Source of the DNA: Macrostomum lignano
Lineage: Eukaryota
DNA length: 64,000 nt
Direction: 5' to 3'
Assembly: GCA_002269645.1 (NCBI GenBank)
Contig: NIVC01002986.1
Location: 62,001 to 126,000 of the forward strand
The position numbers and the translations under genes are program-made. The notes below the pieces were generated by a model that searched no databases, was not told where the DNA came from, and was given only the letters and a program-made list of their open reading frames with translations. This document shows, piece by piece, positions 47,851-60,813 of the stretch (position 1 is its first letter; each line of letters starts with the position of its first letter).

Positions 47851-48494
47851 GATTTTTTTGCACAGCGCTGAATGCGGCTTCTTCAGTTCGACAATTAACA
47901 ATTGCGACGAGGAAGACTCTATTGAACTTTTCAGCCTAATTTTCACGGTTGCTTTAAACGACGTCACTGATGAAAAAGTACAAGCTGGTAATTAAAAGCT
48001 AAAGGTAGAATATAAAGAAGCTAGCGACCAGACACTGTCGTCATGTTATTACCTAGGAGCTATACCAGACCTAGCTATCGGTGTGCGGTTTGAGTTCATT
48101 AGTTATTCACAGCTCACCGCACACTTGACCACCGCCCGCCTATGCGAGCTATAAGCGACAATCTTCTCCTTAGAGAGATGGGGATCCTGCATCCTGGCTT
48201 AGGGCTCTATACTGACTTCCTCTGAGCTGCTCCTCGGCTGCCAACTTTCTTGAGCTGCGGTGTCCTCGCAGAGGGCTTAGCATTGATCCCCTTGGGCCAA
48301 TTTCCAGCTGGGAGCAGTGAAGCATCGCTAGCGTCTCCTGACATCCCGCAGCTATTTGCTTGACGGTAATTAGCTGCTGCTCCCGCTAACAGCTCAGCCA
48401 TTTGATCCTGAATAATAGTGCGACTCAGCATTACCCTGCATACTCGGCGGTCGAACAGCATTGGAAGCTATGAAGTTCATAGCTGTCTTCGTCT

Positions 48495-48791
<297 letters not shown>

Positions 48792-49631
48792 CAGTATTTT
48801 TAATAAAATTATGGATGTGCAGCAGTGCAAAGCTAAAATTCAATATAAACAGCAGGATTTCACAGTTTTCTGATTTCTCACAGGCATCAGCAAATAACAG
48901 TGCAGAAAGAGACGGTTTGAGTCCAAAAGCTGGAGAGATTTACTGATCGAGAAATTGAGAAAGGCGATGTTCTGTCAAACAAGCCGCAGCAGGCCTAAGC
49001 GGAGCCCATATGCAGATCAATCAAACCTTTAGCATATAATGTCATGAATTTCCCGCTAAGAGGAAGCCGAACTGTGTACCAGAGTGCCACGGAATCCTGA
49101 AACCCATTCCAATGCGTGAATCTTATTGCTTCTTCGCAGGCTGCGATATTAAAAAAAATCTGTGCGTTATTAAACTCGCTGGGACGTGTGTACTTTTCAG
49201 GTTATTAACATAACTGTGAGAGAAGGATGTATGATATGCAAAGTAAATTGACTTCTAGGAAAGAAAACTGAGTTCTCGGTAATGCTAATCATTTTTATTG
49301 AGATTAGGAGCCACTAGACTCGTGTGGTGAACGCGTCTCAAGCCAGAACCCTTGCTGGTTCCATTTCTGGAGTTTGTCCAACGATTCACAGTCATGAGGG
49401 TGTACACCCTGCGTGAATATTTATTTGTCTTTCTAGATTAACAAGCCTGGGTGACAATGGTCTCCAGTTTTAATCGCCTCCATTATGGAGTGTAGGAAAG
49501 GTATCAAAAATCGAGGATAAATTAGGATTTGAAAAAGTTATTTTGAGTTAAAGTCAACCTTGAATAAGTTTTCATGGCATTGTCTTTTAGACTTTCTAGA
49601 CATTTGTTTCTCTTGAATCACATCCCTCGGT

Positions 49632-52600
49632 CTAGTCTGTTTTCTTATCAGCAACTGGTCGATCCTCCTCTCCTGATTGGCCTTCACGCTTAGGTTCGTC
49701 AGTTACTTCTCCTGGCTGCACCTCGTCTTCTGATTGGTCGACAGGCTTAGGTTCGTCGGTTGTTTCTCCTGGCTGCACCTCGTCTTCTGATTGGTCGACA
49801 GGCTTAGGTTCGTCATCACCCTGCCGACTCGGAGAGTTGGACTGCTTGGAAAGCTCAGACACCTCAATCGCTTCCGCGTCATCGACAGGCTGCACAGCGT
49901 TGCTGCGAGTGGCGCGCATCAGGTTTATGTTGCAGGAGCGACTTAGGAACTTGTAGAAGCGAACAAAGTACGGATTGATAAATGCTTCGTCGACTTCTTC
50001 GCGGTAGCCGCCTTAAACAAGTATAGAATTACTTGAATGACATTTCGAATTCGTTAAACCAGACACAACTAGCATTAGAACAAACTGCTTACGCGTAAAT
50101 AACGACACAATAAAGCCGCCAGCCGTGGTTGCAGCGGATCCGATTATGGGAAACCACACATAGGAGAGGCTGTACCAGTCGTCGAGAGGTTCTCTAAGAA
50201 GTGTCCAAGATGTAATTTAAAAAAACGATCAAATTAGTTCAAGAGCCAATTTAATCGAAGTTCTACGACTTAGTGACAGTGTAGGTCTATAATATCTTTA
50301 GCGTCCCGCAAAGAGTGATTGAATTGCGTCACACAAGAGTGTGGTGGGCATCACATCCCACAAGAGAGTGGTGGGCATCACATCCCACAAGAGAGTGGTG
50401 GGCATCACATCCCACAAGAGAGTGGTGGGCATCACATCCCACAAGAGAGTGGTGGGCATCACATCCCACAAGAGAGTGGTTGGCATCACATCCCACAAGA
50501 AAGTGGTGGGCATCACATCCCACAAGAGAGTGGTGGACATCACATCTCACAAGAGAGTGGTGGGCATCACATCCCACAAGAGAGTGGTTGGCATCACATC
50601 CCACAAGAGAGTGGTTGGCATCACATCCCACAAGAGAGTGGACATTGCGTCCCACGGATACAAGAGAGTGGACATTGTGTCGCATAAGAGATCGGTGAGC
50701 ATTACATCCAACAAGATAATGGACATTGCGTCCCATCAAGAGTGGACATTGTGTCGCATAAGAGATCGGTGAGCATTACATCCAACAAGATAATGGACAT
50801 TGCGTCCCATCAAAAGTGGACATTGCGTTCCACAATGGAATGGAATGGAATTTCATGTACTAAAATTAAGTACTTTGCACTTCCCCCTATTCCTTACTTT
50901 TGAAGTGATCGTGCGTCATTAGATAAGTCACTGCGATGCTTACACAACAGGAGCTTGCGTAGTCCCAACTGTGGTCGGCAGCAGGGTGGTGCCGGGAGTG
51001 CCAACGTCGCAATTGCTAATATTCGTTGGCAATCCAACAAGTTGTTTTCCATTCAGATAGGAACCAATGCTGAGCCAGCCGGATATAATCAGGCCGCAAA
51101 CGGAGCCAACGAGAGCACCCTATGAATTTGTTGTGAAAAATTGCGCTGTTTAAACTTTGCTATTGAATACTGAAATTTATCAACTCAACATTGCATTTCG
51201 TTTGTCATCTGACCATATTAATTGCGTCTGGTATCTTAACCATTGTACTTTAGTCTGGCATCTAAAACTATTGTACTTTAGTCTGGCATCTTAACCATTG
51301 TACTTTAGACTGGTATCTTAACCATTGTACTTTAGTCTGGCATCTAAAACTATTGTACTTTAGTCTGGCATCTAAAACTATTGTACTTTAGTCTGGTATC
51401 TTAACCATTGTAATTTAGTCTGGCATCTAAAACTATTGTACTTTAGTCTGGCATCTTAACCATTGTACTTTAGTCTGGTATCTAAAACTATTGTACTTTA
51501 GTCTGGCATCTTAACCATTGTACTTTAGTCTGGTATCTAAAACTATTGTACTATAGTCTGGCATCTTAACCATTGTACTTTAGTCTGGCATCTTAACCAT
51601 TGTACTTTAGTCTGGTATTTTAACCAGTGCACTTACATATTTATTAACGAACGGGAACAGAACTCCCATTGAAAACAGTCCAAGCAATGGGGCACCAAAC
51701 GAACCAGTGAAAGCAAGCGATGCCTGAAGCACCGTTCCACCGAATCGAGTCGAAATTAGGCCCATTAATACCGCTGAGACTCCATAGCACACGACTGAAA
51801 CAGATATAATAGCGGAAATATTGGTCGGAAAGCAGTACGTTGCAGCCAGCTTCCAACAGCAGTCACAGAGACATCTGTAGTTTTCGGCTGTGTCAGCTGG
51901 CGCCTTTCTGTAGCTAGCGCCTCCCCTCTGTAGCTAGCGCCTCCCCTCTGTAGCTGGCGCCCCCTCTGCAGCTGGCGCCTTTCTGTAGCTAGCACCTTCC
52001 CTCTGCAGCTAGCGCCTCCCCTCTGCAGCTAGCACCTCCCCTCTGTAGCTAGCGCCTCCCCTCTGTAGCTGGCACCCCCTCTGCAGCTGGCGCCTTTCTG
52101 TAGCTAGCGCCTCCCCTCTGTAGCTAGCGCCTCCCCTCTGCAGCTAGCGCCTCCCCTCTGTAGCTGGCGCCTCCCCTCTGTAGCTAGCGCCTCCCCTCTG
52201 TAGCTAGCGCCTCCCCTCTGTAGCTAGCGCCTTCCCTCTGTAGCTGGCGCCCCTCTGTAGCTGGCGCCCCCTCTGCAGCTAGCGCCTCCCCTCTGTAGCT
52301 AGCGCCTTCCCTCTGTAGCTGGCGCCCCCTCTGCAGCTAGCGCCTCCCCTCTGTAGCTAGCGCCTTCCCTCTGTAGCTGGCGCCCCCTCTGTAGCTGGCG
52401 CCCCCTCTGCAGCTAGCGCCTCCCCTCTGTAGCTAGCGCCTTCCCTCTGTAGCTGGCGCCCCCTCTGCAGCTAGCGCCTCCCCTCTGTAGCTAGCGCCTT
52501 CCCTCTGTAGCTGGCGCCCCCTCTGTAGCTGGCGCCCCTCTGCAGCTAGCACCTCCCCTCTGCAGCTAGCGCCTCCCCTCTGTAGCTGGCGCCTCCCCTC

Positions 52601-55600
52601 TGTAGCTGGCGCCCCCTCTGCAGCTAGCGCCTCCCTTCTGCAGCTAGCGCCTCCCCTCTGTAGCTGGCGCCCCCTCTGTAGCTGGCGCCCCCTCTGCAGC
52701 TAGAGCCCCCCCCCTCTGTAGCTAGCGCCTCCCCTCTGTAGCTGGCGCCTCCCCTCTGCAGCTAGAGCCCCCCCTCTGCAGCTAGAGCCCCCCTCTGCAG
52801 CTAGAGCCCCCCCTCTGCAGCTAGCGCCTCCCCTCTGTAGCTGGCGCCCCCTCTGCAGCTGGCGCCCCCTCTGCAGATGTAGTTTCAGCAAAGAAACTGA
52901 AGCTATTTAATTTTTTCCAACCGGGGAAAGAGCCGAAATTTTAAAGTATTTCGCGTGCATTTTTTGTTTTGCCTGCCTAATTGATGTTCATATTCAATAT
53001 TCAATTCAATTGGGAAATATTCAAAGTTTTTATTTTCTGCATCCCTCGTTTTGGTTCCTGATTGAAACCTAAGTTGAAAATTAAAAATTGTTTTAAAAAA
53101 TTAGACAGCCGTTTTTGGCTTTTTTGCTACGACTAGCTGAATGAATTGGAGGACAAATCGCTATTCAGTCAGGGAAAGGGATTACAGCCCATAACTCTAG
53201 CAGTAAGCACAGCAGTCTCTTACTAAACAGGCGGTTGATCCACGTAGCTTTAGCCTCGGTAGCGTTCAGGCACCAGTAGGGCTTGAAAAAATCTTCCCAT
53301 GTTGTGGCAGCCAGCGCGCTCAAGGATGACGATACCGAACTGCAACACAATGGCATCAGCAGCATTCAATGCCTAATGTTTAATGGGTGAAACTGAAAGG
53401 GAGAAAAAGCATTTAGTTTCAAGAGCTGCTCACACAAGAACCCTTCCTTACCTCAGGGCTCCGGCGAATAGCGAAGCGATGAATAGGCCAGGAACCACTG
53501 GTATGCTGAGGTTTTCCATCACATAGAATGGAACGATCTGTACTGAAAAAACACACGCGATCATGTTAATATGCTAAATACATATATGCTCGTATATATT
53601 ATGAAGTTTATTGTTGCTTTTGTATTAAAGACAGTGCTGCGTGCACCCTGGCGCACTTTAAGCGACATTGTCACACAACCGGCGAGAGGCATCACTGCCC
53701 ATTCCGCCGACTCCCCTGAGCAGGCACACAAGCGTGCGGATACGTACGCAGTCATACGCACAGGCACACACTCACACAGGAGTGCACAGCGGCCCTAACT
53801 TTATTTATCGTTAGGCATGTACACTTCACTGTGCCTTGGGGGTTGGCCCTCAAGCTGGGCGTTAATTGCACGAGCAGAGCCAAGCCGAGATTCCAATTTA
53901 GCCGCAAATTAATGCGACTGCACTTGGAATCGAGCCTGGGTCGCTGGCACATCAGAGCGCCGCGCCAGACCACTGGGCTACGGCCCCCCCGCACATGTAC
54001 CATGCCTAAAAATCATAAAAAGGCTACAGCCCCCCCGCACATGTACCATGCCTAAAAATCATAAAAAAGGCTACGGCCCCCCGCACATGTACCATGCCTA
54101 AAAATCATAAAAAAGGCTACGGCCCCCCGCACATGTACCATGCCTAAAAATCATAAAAAAGGCTACGGCCCCCCCGCACATGTACCATGCCTAAAAATCA
54201 TAAAAAGGCTACAGCCCCCCCGCACATGTACCTTGCCTAAAAATCATAAAAAAGGCTACGGCCCCCCCCCGCACATGTACCATGCCTAAAAATCATAAGA
54301 AATAAGACAACTCGACTGATTTCAAGATTCGGGGCCAAAGCTCACATGTGAACTGCTGTTTAGATTCAACCAGTAGATGTATAAACTTAGAGCCCTGAGT
54401 CGATCTTGTGACAATGGTCCGTCTAGTGGTAATAAAAGTAAGAAAGTGGCCACTAGGGTTGGTCCAAAAATCAACAATTTCTCTAGTTTCATACTGCTAC
54501 ATCTTCATTTCTATTTCTATGTTGTATACTTTTTCATCCCATATTTCTGTTGCCACCCAAAGCAGTTGAAGGTTTCAAACAACTGTAAACTTTGCTGAAC
54601 TTTGCAGCATGCACTTCAGGTGCTGATTTTTCGTTTTCAGTCTTTACAGCACCAAATTCTTCCCAACGACAAATGGAGCAAGTAATCCTGTACAGTACGT
54701 GTGTTCTGTTCGATGCTGTTGTTGGTTCACTATAGTTGATCTGTGTCTGTAAATTGCTCGACTTGCCCCCTGTGAACACTAAAGCCATGCAGTTATTTTC
54801 ATAGTAAAAAAGCTAGCATTGTTGGACCTGGTTCGAATCCTCGATCCAGCCAGCCGCGCTGGGGTCGCAGGCGACGTTAGCGTAATATGCGAAAATGATC
54901 AGACCCGCCAGGCACGAGGACACCACGAAGAATATGGCGCCGAGAGAGACCAGAACGACTGACCTGTGCACAGGGTTTTAAGTAAGTTTTGTTATATTTT
55001 GTACTTAAATCTAGTCTTTTTTTCTCCTATGCATAAGCTTTACGTAAAGTTTACAAATTTAGCTCAAGGACCACTACTAGCAGTATAATCAAAGATGGTA
55101 TAACTTTTTTGGGGCCAAAAAGATGAAGATGATACGAGAGCACAGATTATTTTTTTCCTATTTCTGCAGTGTATTCTTTGACGTAAATTGGCCTTTAAAA
55201 AGTACACGATCTGTGAGTGTAGCGTGCTGGTATACTGCTAGTGGTCTATGATTAGCTGAAATTGATGTACAGCGGCCCGGACTTTCTAATCGTCAGGCTG
55301 TACACTTCACTGTGACCTGGGGGTGGCTCTCAGAGCTGTGCATCGCACCACAACCAGGGCTAGGGCTAGGTGTCATAGCGCGACAGTCAGAGACGCGTTT
55401 ACTGCTGGGCTGCTGTGCCCTTCCCGCTACGCCTAGCCCATGTCTATGGCCCAAATCACAACACAATGAAGAAGTCATAAAATTGGCCACATTTACAATT
55501 GAGCCTGCCGCATAGTTTTCACTGAGCAGTACCGCTGCACGGAGGCTTGAAACACGCCGAATGTGCTGGAGTAGGCGATGCCGTTGCCAACCACAAGACC

Positions 55601-58600
55601 CCAGACTGTGTGACGAACTCGTGGATCTAAGCTGAAGCTAAAAAAATGATGAAGAGAGTGCACATACGCTATAGAACAAGCGGCCCGCAAAGCCTCTCTA
55701 TCCGGCCCTCGAGTCCTTTGAAACTTCACAATAACAATGCGGCCTGCTCAGGGATTGCGTCTCTTCTCAGCTCTTGCTCCTCTCCTCTCCTCTCCTCTCC
55801 TCTGCTCTCCTCTCCTCTCCTCTCCTCTCCTCTCCTCTTCTCTCCTCTCCTCTTCTCTCCTCTCCTCTCCTCTCCTCTCCTCTCCTCTCCTCTCCTCTCC
55901 TCTCCTCTCCTCTTCTCTCCTCTCCTCTTCTCTCCTCTCCTCTTCTCTCCTCTCCTCTTCTCTCCTCTCCTCTCCTCTCCTCTCCTCTCCTCTCCTCTCC
56001 TCTCCTCTCTCCTCTCCTCTCCTCTCCTCTCCTCTCCTCTCCTCTCCTCTCCAATCATCTCCTCTCTCCTACCCCCTCTCCTCTTATCTCTCCTCTCCTC
56101 TCTCCTCTCCTCTCTCCTCTACTCTCCACTCTCCTCTCCCCTCACATGCAATACGTAGTAAAAAGTAGCTTTTAAGATTTGACATCGACATACTTACAAA
56201 AACGACGTGTATCCCATTCCATACAGTTGCCTATATTGCTTTAGTAACCAGAGGGGGGGGGGTCGGCACTGAGGGGACAGGCGGACATGTCCCCCCAGTA
56301 AAAGCTTTGGGGTGGACATACCTATGCTTTGCCCTGCACTGCCCCACCTAGTTACCCTGCCTGCGGCACCAAAATGAGTGCCTGCTGCCTCGCCAAAAAC
56401 GACACCCCTTTTAGCGACAATTTCATAATTAGTCAGCGCAACTGAAGGTATAAAAACAACACTATCGATACTCACTTGTCGAACTCGATGCGACCATATT
56501 TATACGATATCTGCCACACATTTCCAATGCCACCCAGGTCAATGAGTCCCTGTAACAGAAATTAATTGTAAACTATGTAATACAAGATCAAGTTCAAGCA
56601 TTTTGTTTGATTGAAACTTTCCTATAGTAAACTTTTAACTCACCCGAATAATGATAGCCAAAATTCCTGCCGTCATGACTACCGATTGAAATACATCAGT
56701 CCAGATCACAGCCTTGAGCCCGCCCTGATTGAAACGGCACAAAGTGAATATTAGAACTTTTTGGAATAGCGGATTTACTAATAGTGATAATGTGCAACAC
56801 ATATTTACACTCTCTGCGGTGGGGGGAGAGGTTGCCCCTCAGGGCGTGAATCGCATGACAACAAAGAGTCTATTAAATCTTCTTTAAATCTTCTTTAAAT
56901 CTTCTTTAAACAGTGCAAGATTCGTCTGCGTCAGCTATTCATAAAAAAATAATAAAAATTAACGATAGCGGTTATGACAGAAGTATGCATGTAGAATTAC
57001 TCGTGTAGTCACTAACCCAGGCTGTGTAGAAAGTGCAGATCACACCGCTCACGGCGATTGACGCTTCAACAGGGATGGCACCGTTGGAAACTAAAAGTGT
57101 TTAACGGATTGCAAAATTATGAATGTCAATATCCATATTTCAATTAAGGTAACAAAAGTATAAGGCTACTACACATAGAAGACAGGGGAATGGCCGCCAA
57201 CGAAGAGACAGGGGCGCCAACCGAGAGACAGGGGCGCCAACCGAGAGACAGGGGCGCCAACCGAGAGACAGGGGCGCCAACCGAGAGACAGGGGCGCCAA
57301 CCGAGAGATAGGGGCGCCAACCGAGAGATAGGGGCGCCAACCGAGAGACAGGGGCGCCAACCGAGAGACAGGGGCGCCAACCGAGAGACAGGGGCGCCAA
57401 CCGAGAGACAGGGGCGCCAACCGAGAGACAGGGGCGCCCACCAAGAGCCAGGGGTGCCCACCAAGAGACAGGGGCGCCCTCCAAGAGACAGGGGCGCCCA
57501 CCAAGAGACAGGGGCGCCCACCAAAGCACCAAATAGTGGCGCCCCTAATGATTGCTACCCCCTACAATAAATAAAAGTTCCCGTGTACACACCAGTTAAA
57601 AAGTTGAAAGGGTGAGATATTAGGACTTCAGTTCTATTAAGCTGAGAAATTACCATCAATCCCTACGCTATCAAGCTAATGCATTTTTTCAACGATAAAC
57701 GACCTACAGTGAAATTTTGCCTAATTTGCAAGTGCAGCACCTTTATTGACTTAAACAGATGCCTGCATTTCACAATGCGACTTACCATACTGCAAGGCAG
57801 TGGCTGGAGCGTACAATGCAATTCCCATGTAGATCACCTGTAAGTTTTTGTCCAATCAGATAAATCTATATCAGGTAATAAAGTGTACGTTTAAGATCAC
57901 AGGCACCTATAAGTTTTAGTAAAAGCCACTATATACTCACGTTATTAATTAGAAGCAGGAAATTTCCCATCAGTCGAACAAGACGAGACTTGAATCTCAG
58001 CTCGAGATACTGCAATGAAATTACAAAAATTCTTGATGAATGCTTGCTAGAAAAACTAACGACAGTCCCGTGACGTCAGCTATACTGAAAACTCTTAACG
58101 ACAGTCCCGTGACGTCAGCTATACTGAAAACTCTTAACGACAGTCCGTGACGTCAGCTATACTGAAAACTCTTAGCGACAGTCCCGTGACGTCAGCTATA
58201 CAGAAAACTCTTAGCGACAGTCCGTGACGTCAGCTACAGAAAACTCTTAACGACAGTCCCGTGACGTCAGCTACAGAAAACTCTTAACGACAGTCCCGTG
58301 ACGTCAGCTACAGAAAACTCTTACGACAGTCCCGTGACGTCAGCTACAGAAAACTCTTTACGACAGTCCCGTGACGTCAGCTACAGAAAACTCTTTACGA
58401 CAGTCCCGTGACGTCAGCTACAAAAACTCTTTACGACAGTCCTGTGATGTTATAATTATATATTGTAAGGTCTAACTTTTGTGAACTTTTTGCAGTTTTT
58501 GATCTCGTTAATAAATGAATTTTTAGCCATAACTTCTTGTGGTTGCACCGCAATCGGCAAGGGCTACAGTTTCTCACCTCGAACGAGCTCGTCAGTCGCA

Positions 58601-60140
58601 GCTGATAAAACACCGGCACGAATATCAGAGCCGCCAGAACGCAGCCGATCTGCTCGCCAAATATTGACAGCACGTACATTGTGCCGTTGAAGTAGATCTC
58701 GGCTGGACCCCCGAGGATTAGTATGGCCGAGTTGAACGACACCAACAGTGACAGGGCCACTGGGATCACCTGCTGCTTGCGGCCGCCCATTACGAATTCT
58801 TCTTTTTCGTCCGAGCCGGCGCTGCCATCTTCTGCGTTGCCTGTGTAAATATAAGTAAGTAAGTAGTAGAGTTTACTGACATTTCCGCCCAAGATTGTTT
58901 CACGAAAGAGAACTTTTTACTGAGGAGTTTGGTAGTTGCATGCTGCCAGCAGTCTTCCTACTGTTCTAATAACCATATTATGTAAGACTAAAGCATTAGG
59001 ACAGTAATCCGAAATACTTAATATTTTAAGAATGTTCAATAATAAACGGACATTCAATAGTTTCAAAAAGCCCAACTGCTCTATAGTTGTATAGCAACTT
59101 TCAAATTCCTTATCTATTCCCAATAACTAGGTCAACATTTCCCACGCTTTAACTACTCCTAGTAGGGTAAAAGCTAAAAGTAGGGTAATCTACTTAGCAA
59201 TCTGCCTTATCACGTTTTAAACTTAATGTCAACTTAAGCTCATAAAAAGTGGAGTCTGAGTAATTTATATACACAAATGGTACATCATTCTGCTCACAGT
59301 GACACCAGGAATGTGGATTAGTAAAAAAGTGACAAAAATTGGACCTGGGATAGGAGAGAACAAGCAAGGAAATACTTAGGGACTCTACCTTATATGAGCT
59401 TAAGTTTACATAATTGTCCCTAATTATCATCTTGCTTGTAAAAGGGCCTCCCCTTTTAATTAAATACGTCGAAAAATAACGCTAACGGAATAAGTAAACA
59501 GAAAGAGAGGAGGTCAAGAGAGAACTAAAGCCTTTCAAAACGACTTACGTTTGCTTTAATGTTAATCAAATAGTTATTATATAAAACAGAAAATACTAAT
59601 TAAAAAAATTACTTTACTACTTTTGCTAGTAGTGAGTTTCGAATACTAAAGACCCAAAAAAAGCTCGAAAAAGTGCATATTAAGAACCATTGATCAAGGA
59701 AACAATTGATCGAGAAAACTACCGATTGAGGAAACTACCGATTGAGAAAACTACCGATTGAGGAAACTACCGATCGAGGAAACTATCGATCGAAGAAACT
59801 AACCGATCGAAGAAACTACCAAGAGAAAAAGCTACAGATCAGGAAACTACCGATCGAGGAAACTACCAATCCATAAATTGCATCTTCGGACTATATATGT
59901 ACGTACATTTACAATCTACATCACAGCTGCAGTACCTTTTCGTCGTCCTATAAAGCTTGCTACAATCCCGACCGCCAGTGAAGCGGCCAGAAAGACGCCC
60001 AGAACCACGTAGTCGACAGGTGAAAACTGATTATTAGTCTGCTGGTGCTTGGTGAAAGCTCCAGCCCCTTGACGAGATCCCGGTAGAGAGCTCCACAGAG
60101 CTTGCGGCACCAGGTTTGACTGCCACAATGGATTGTTCAT
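49632..60140 (-). CDS. Sodium:solute symporter (SLC5/SSS family, NIS/SMCT/SMVT-like), complete, 15 exons, 703 aa
   Basis: Exons 59936-60140, 58578-58840, 57941-58009, 57786-57837, 57017-57090, 56644-56724, 56476-56549, 55497-55637, 54828-54963, 53452-53537, 53224-53339, 51637-51794, 50944-51119, 50093-50193, 49632-50011 total 2112 nt with consistent phases. Motifs: GGRKQQVIPVALSLLVSF, YLELRF, GGLKAVIWTDVFQ, QASVQRY, PGLFIASLFAGALSSVSSSLSAL, DWYSLSYVW. The donor at 54828 (gtccaa) is weak. Confidence 0.93.
50325..50830. repeat. 27-bp minisatellite (catcacatcccacaagagagtggtggg)n followed by a ~74-bp duplication
   Basis: SLC5 intron 13. Confidence 0.94.
51225..51625. repeat. 27/28-bp minisatellite (attgtactttagtctggcatcttaacc)n
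   Basis: Abuts the exon 12 donor at 51637. Confidence 0.94.
51895..52878. repeat. 18-20-bp satellite (agctRgcgcctcccctctgY)n
   Basis: GGCGCC/AGCGCC core. Confidence 0.95.
53607..53990 (-). mobile_element. tRNA-derived SINE (family A), second copy
   Basis: Colinear with 39192-39556; head GGGGCCGTAGCCCAGTGGTCTGG...GGCTCGATTCC. Confidence 0.8.
53975..54300. repeat. 46-47-bp minisatellite, ~7 copies, whose unit begins with the SINE 5' end
   Basis: Unit ggctacggccccccgcacatgtaccatgcctaaaaatcataaaaaa. Confidence 0.93.
55295..55345 (-). mobile_element. SINE family A-related fragment
   Basis: gtacacttcactgtgacctgggggtggctctca resembles gtacacttcactgtgccttgggggttggccctca. Confidence 0.4.
55775..56140. 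repeat. (CTCCT)n / (CTCTT)n pyrimidine tract
   Basis: Direct reading. Confidence 0.96.
57205..57530. repeat. 20-bp GGCGCC-core minisatellite (gagagacaggggcgccaacc)n
   Basis: Direct reading. Confidence 0.95.
58055..58450. repeat. 36-39-bp minisatellite, each unit carrying a perfect CRE (TGACGTCA)
   Basis: 10 perfect TGACGTCA between 58071 and 58416, plus a degenerate 11th unit. Confidence 0.95.
59700..59870. repeat. 16-17-bp degenerate minisatellite (gaggaaactaccgatc)n
   Basis: Direct reading. Confidence 0.85.
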
Positions 60141-60813
60141 TTTGTTGAAGAGTTTCCTCGGTCAGACCAATAAACGGTAATCGAATGTTGAAAAAGAAAT
60201 TTGAGAAAAGTTAAATATTTTATTGAAATGGCTTTAACTACTTACTTAGGCTTCTCTTATCACTTCTTTATTTCACTTTTTTAACACAAACCGTTCTATA
60301 AAGCGTCTACACCATATGCGCAGTTAGTTTAGAGATTGATAAAGTACGATACAGATAGCTCGTCAAAAAAAGCTAACGCGTGCAAGGCAAATCAGTGTTT
60401 AAAAACTTTCTGAATTTCTGAGGACACACTTTTCTTTTCTAAAGAAAATGAAAAAGCAATACCTTGCGTTGTTACCTGCACTTTTAACACAGTCGCTGCA
60501 GCAGGATATGAACAGACATTTTTTTTCTTCAACTGTAAACTGTAAAAAATTGAAATCCTTAAGGTTTCTCTGCCGTATAAGAAGAGTGAGTTAAAGTGAC
60601 GCAAAAGTATATGCCGTAATCTGCAGTCGGTCATTGCTGAAAAAGGCAAAAACCTCTCCTTAAAGAATTGTGTCTCTTTTATAGAAATTTTATCGGAACC
60701 GAGGGTAGCATCCTAGATCTCTAATAGCTACTTTTGGTTTACCAAGATTTAATAAAAAGTATGTCTAAAAATAGTTTCTTATTCTTGCGCATACAATTCG
60801 AATTCGCGGTTGT

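Noticed and set aside
54826-54842. B-box-like GGTTCGAATCC
   Set aside because: It is the antisense of SLC5 exon 9 codons (EDSNQ), and there is no A box or cloverleaf.
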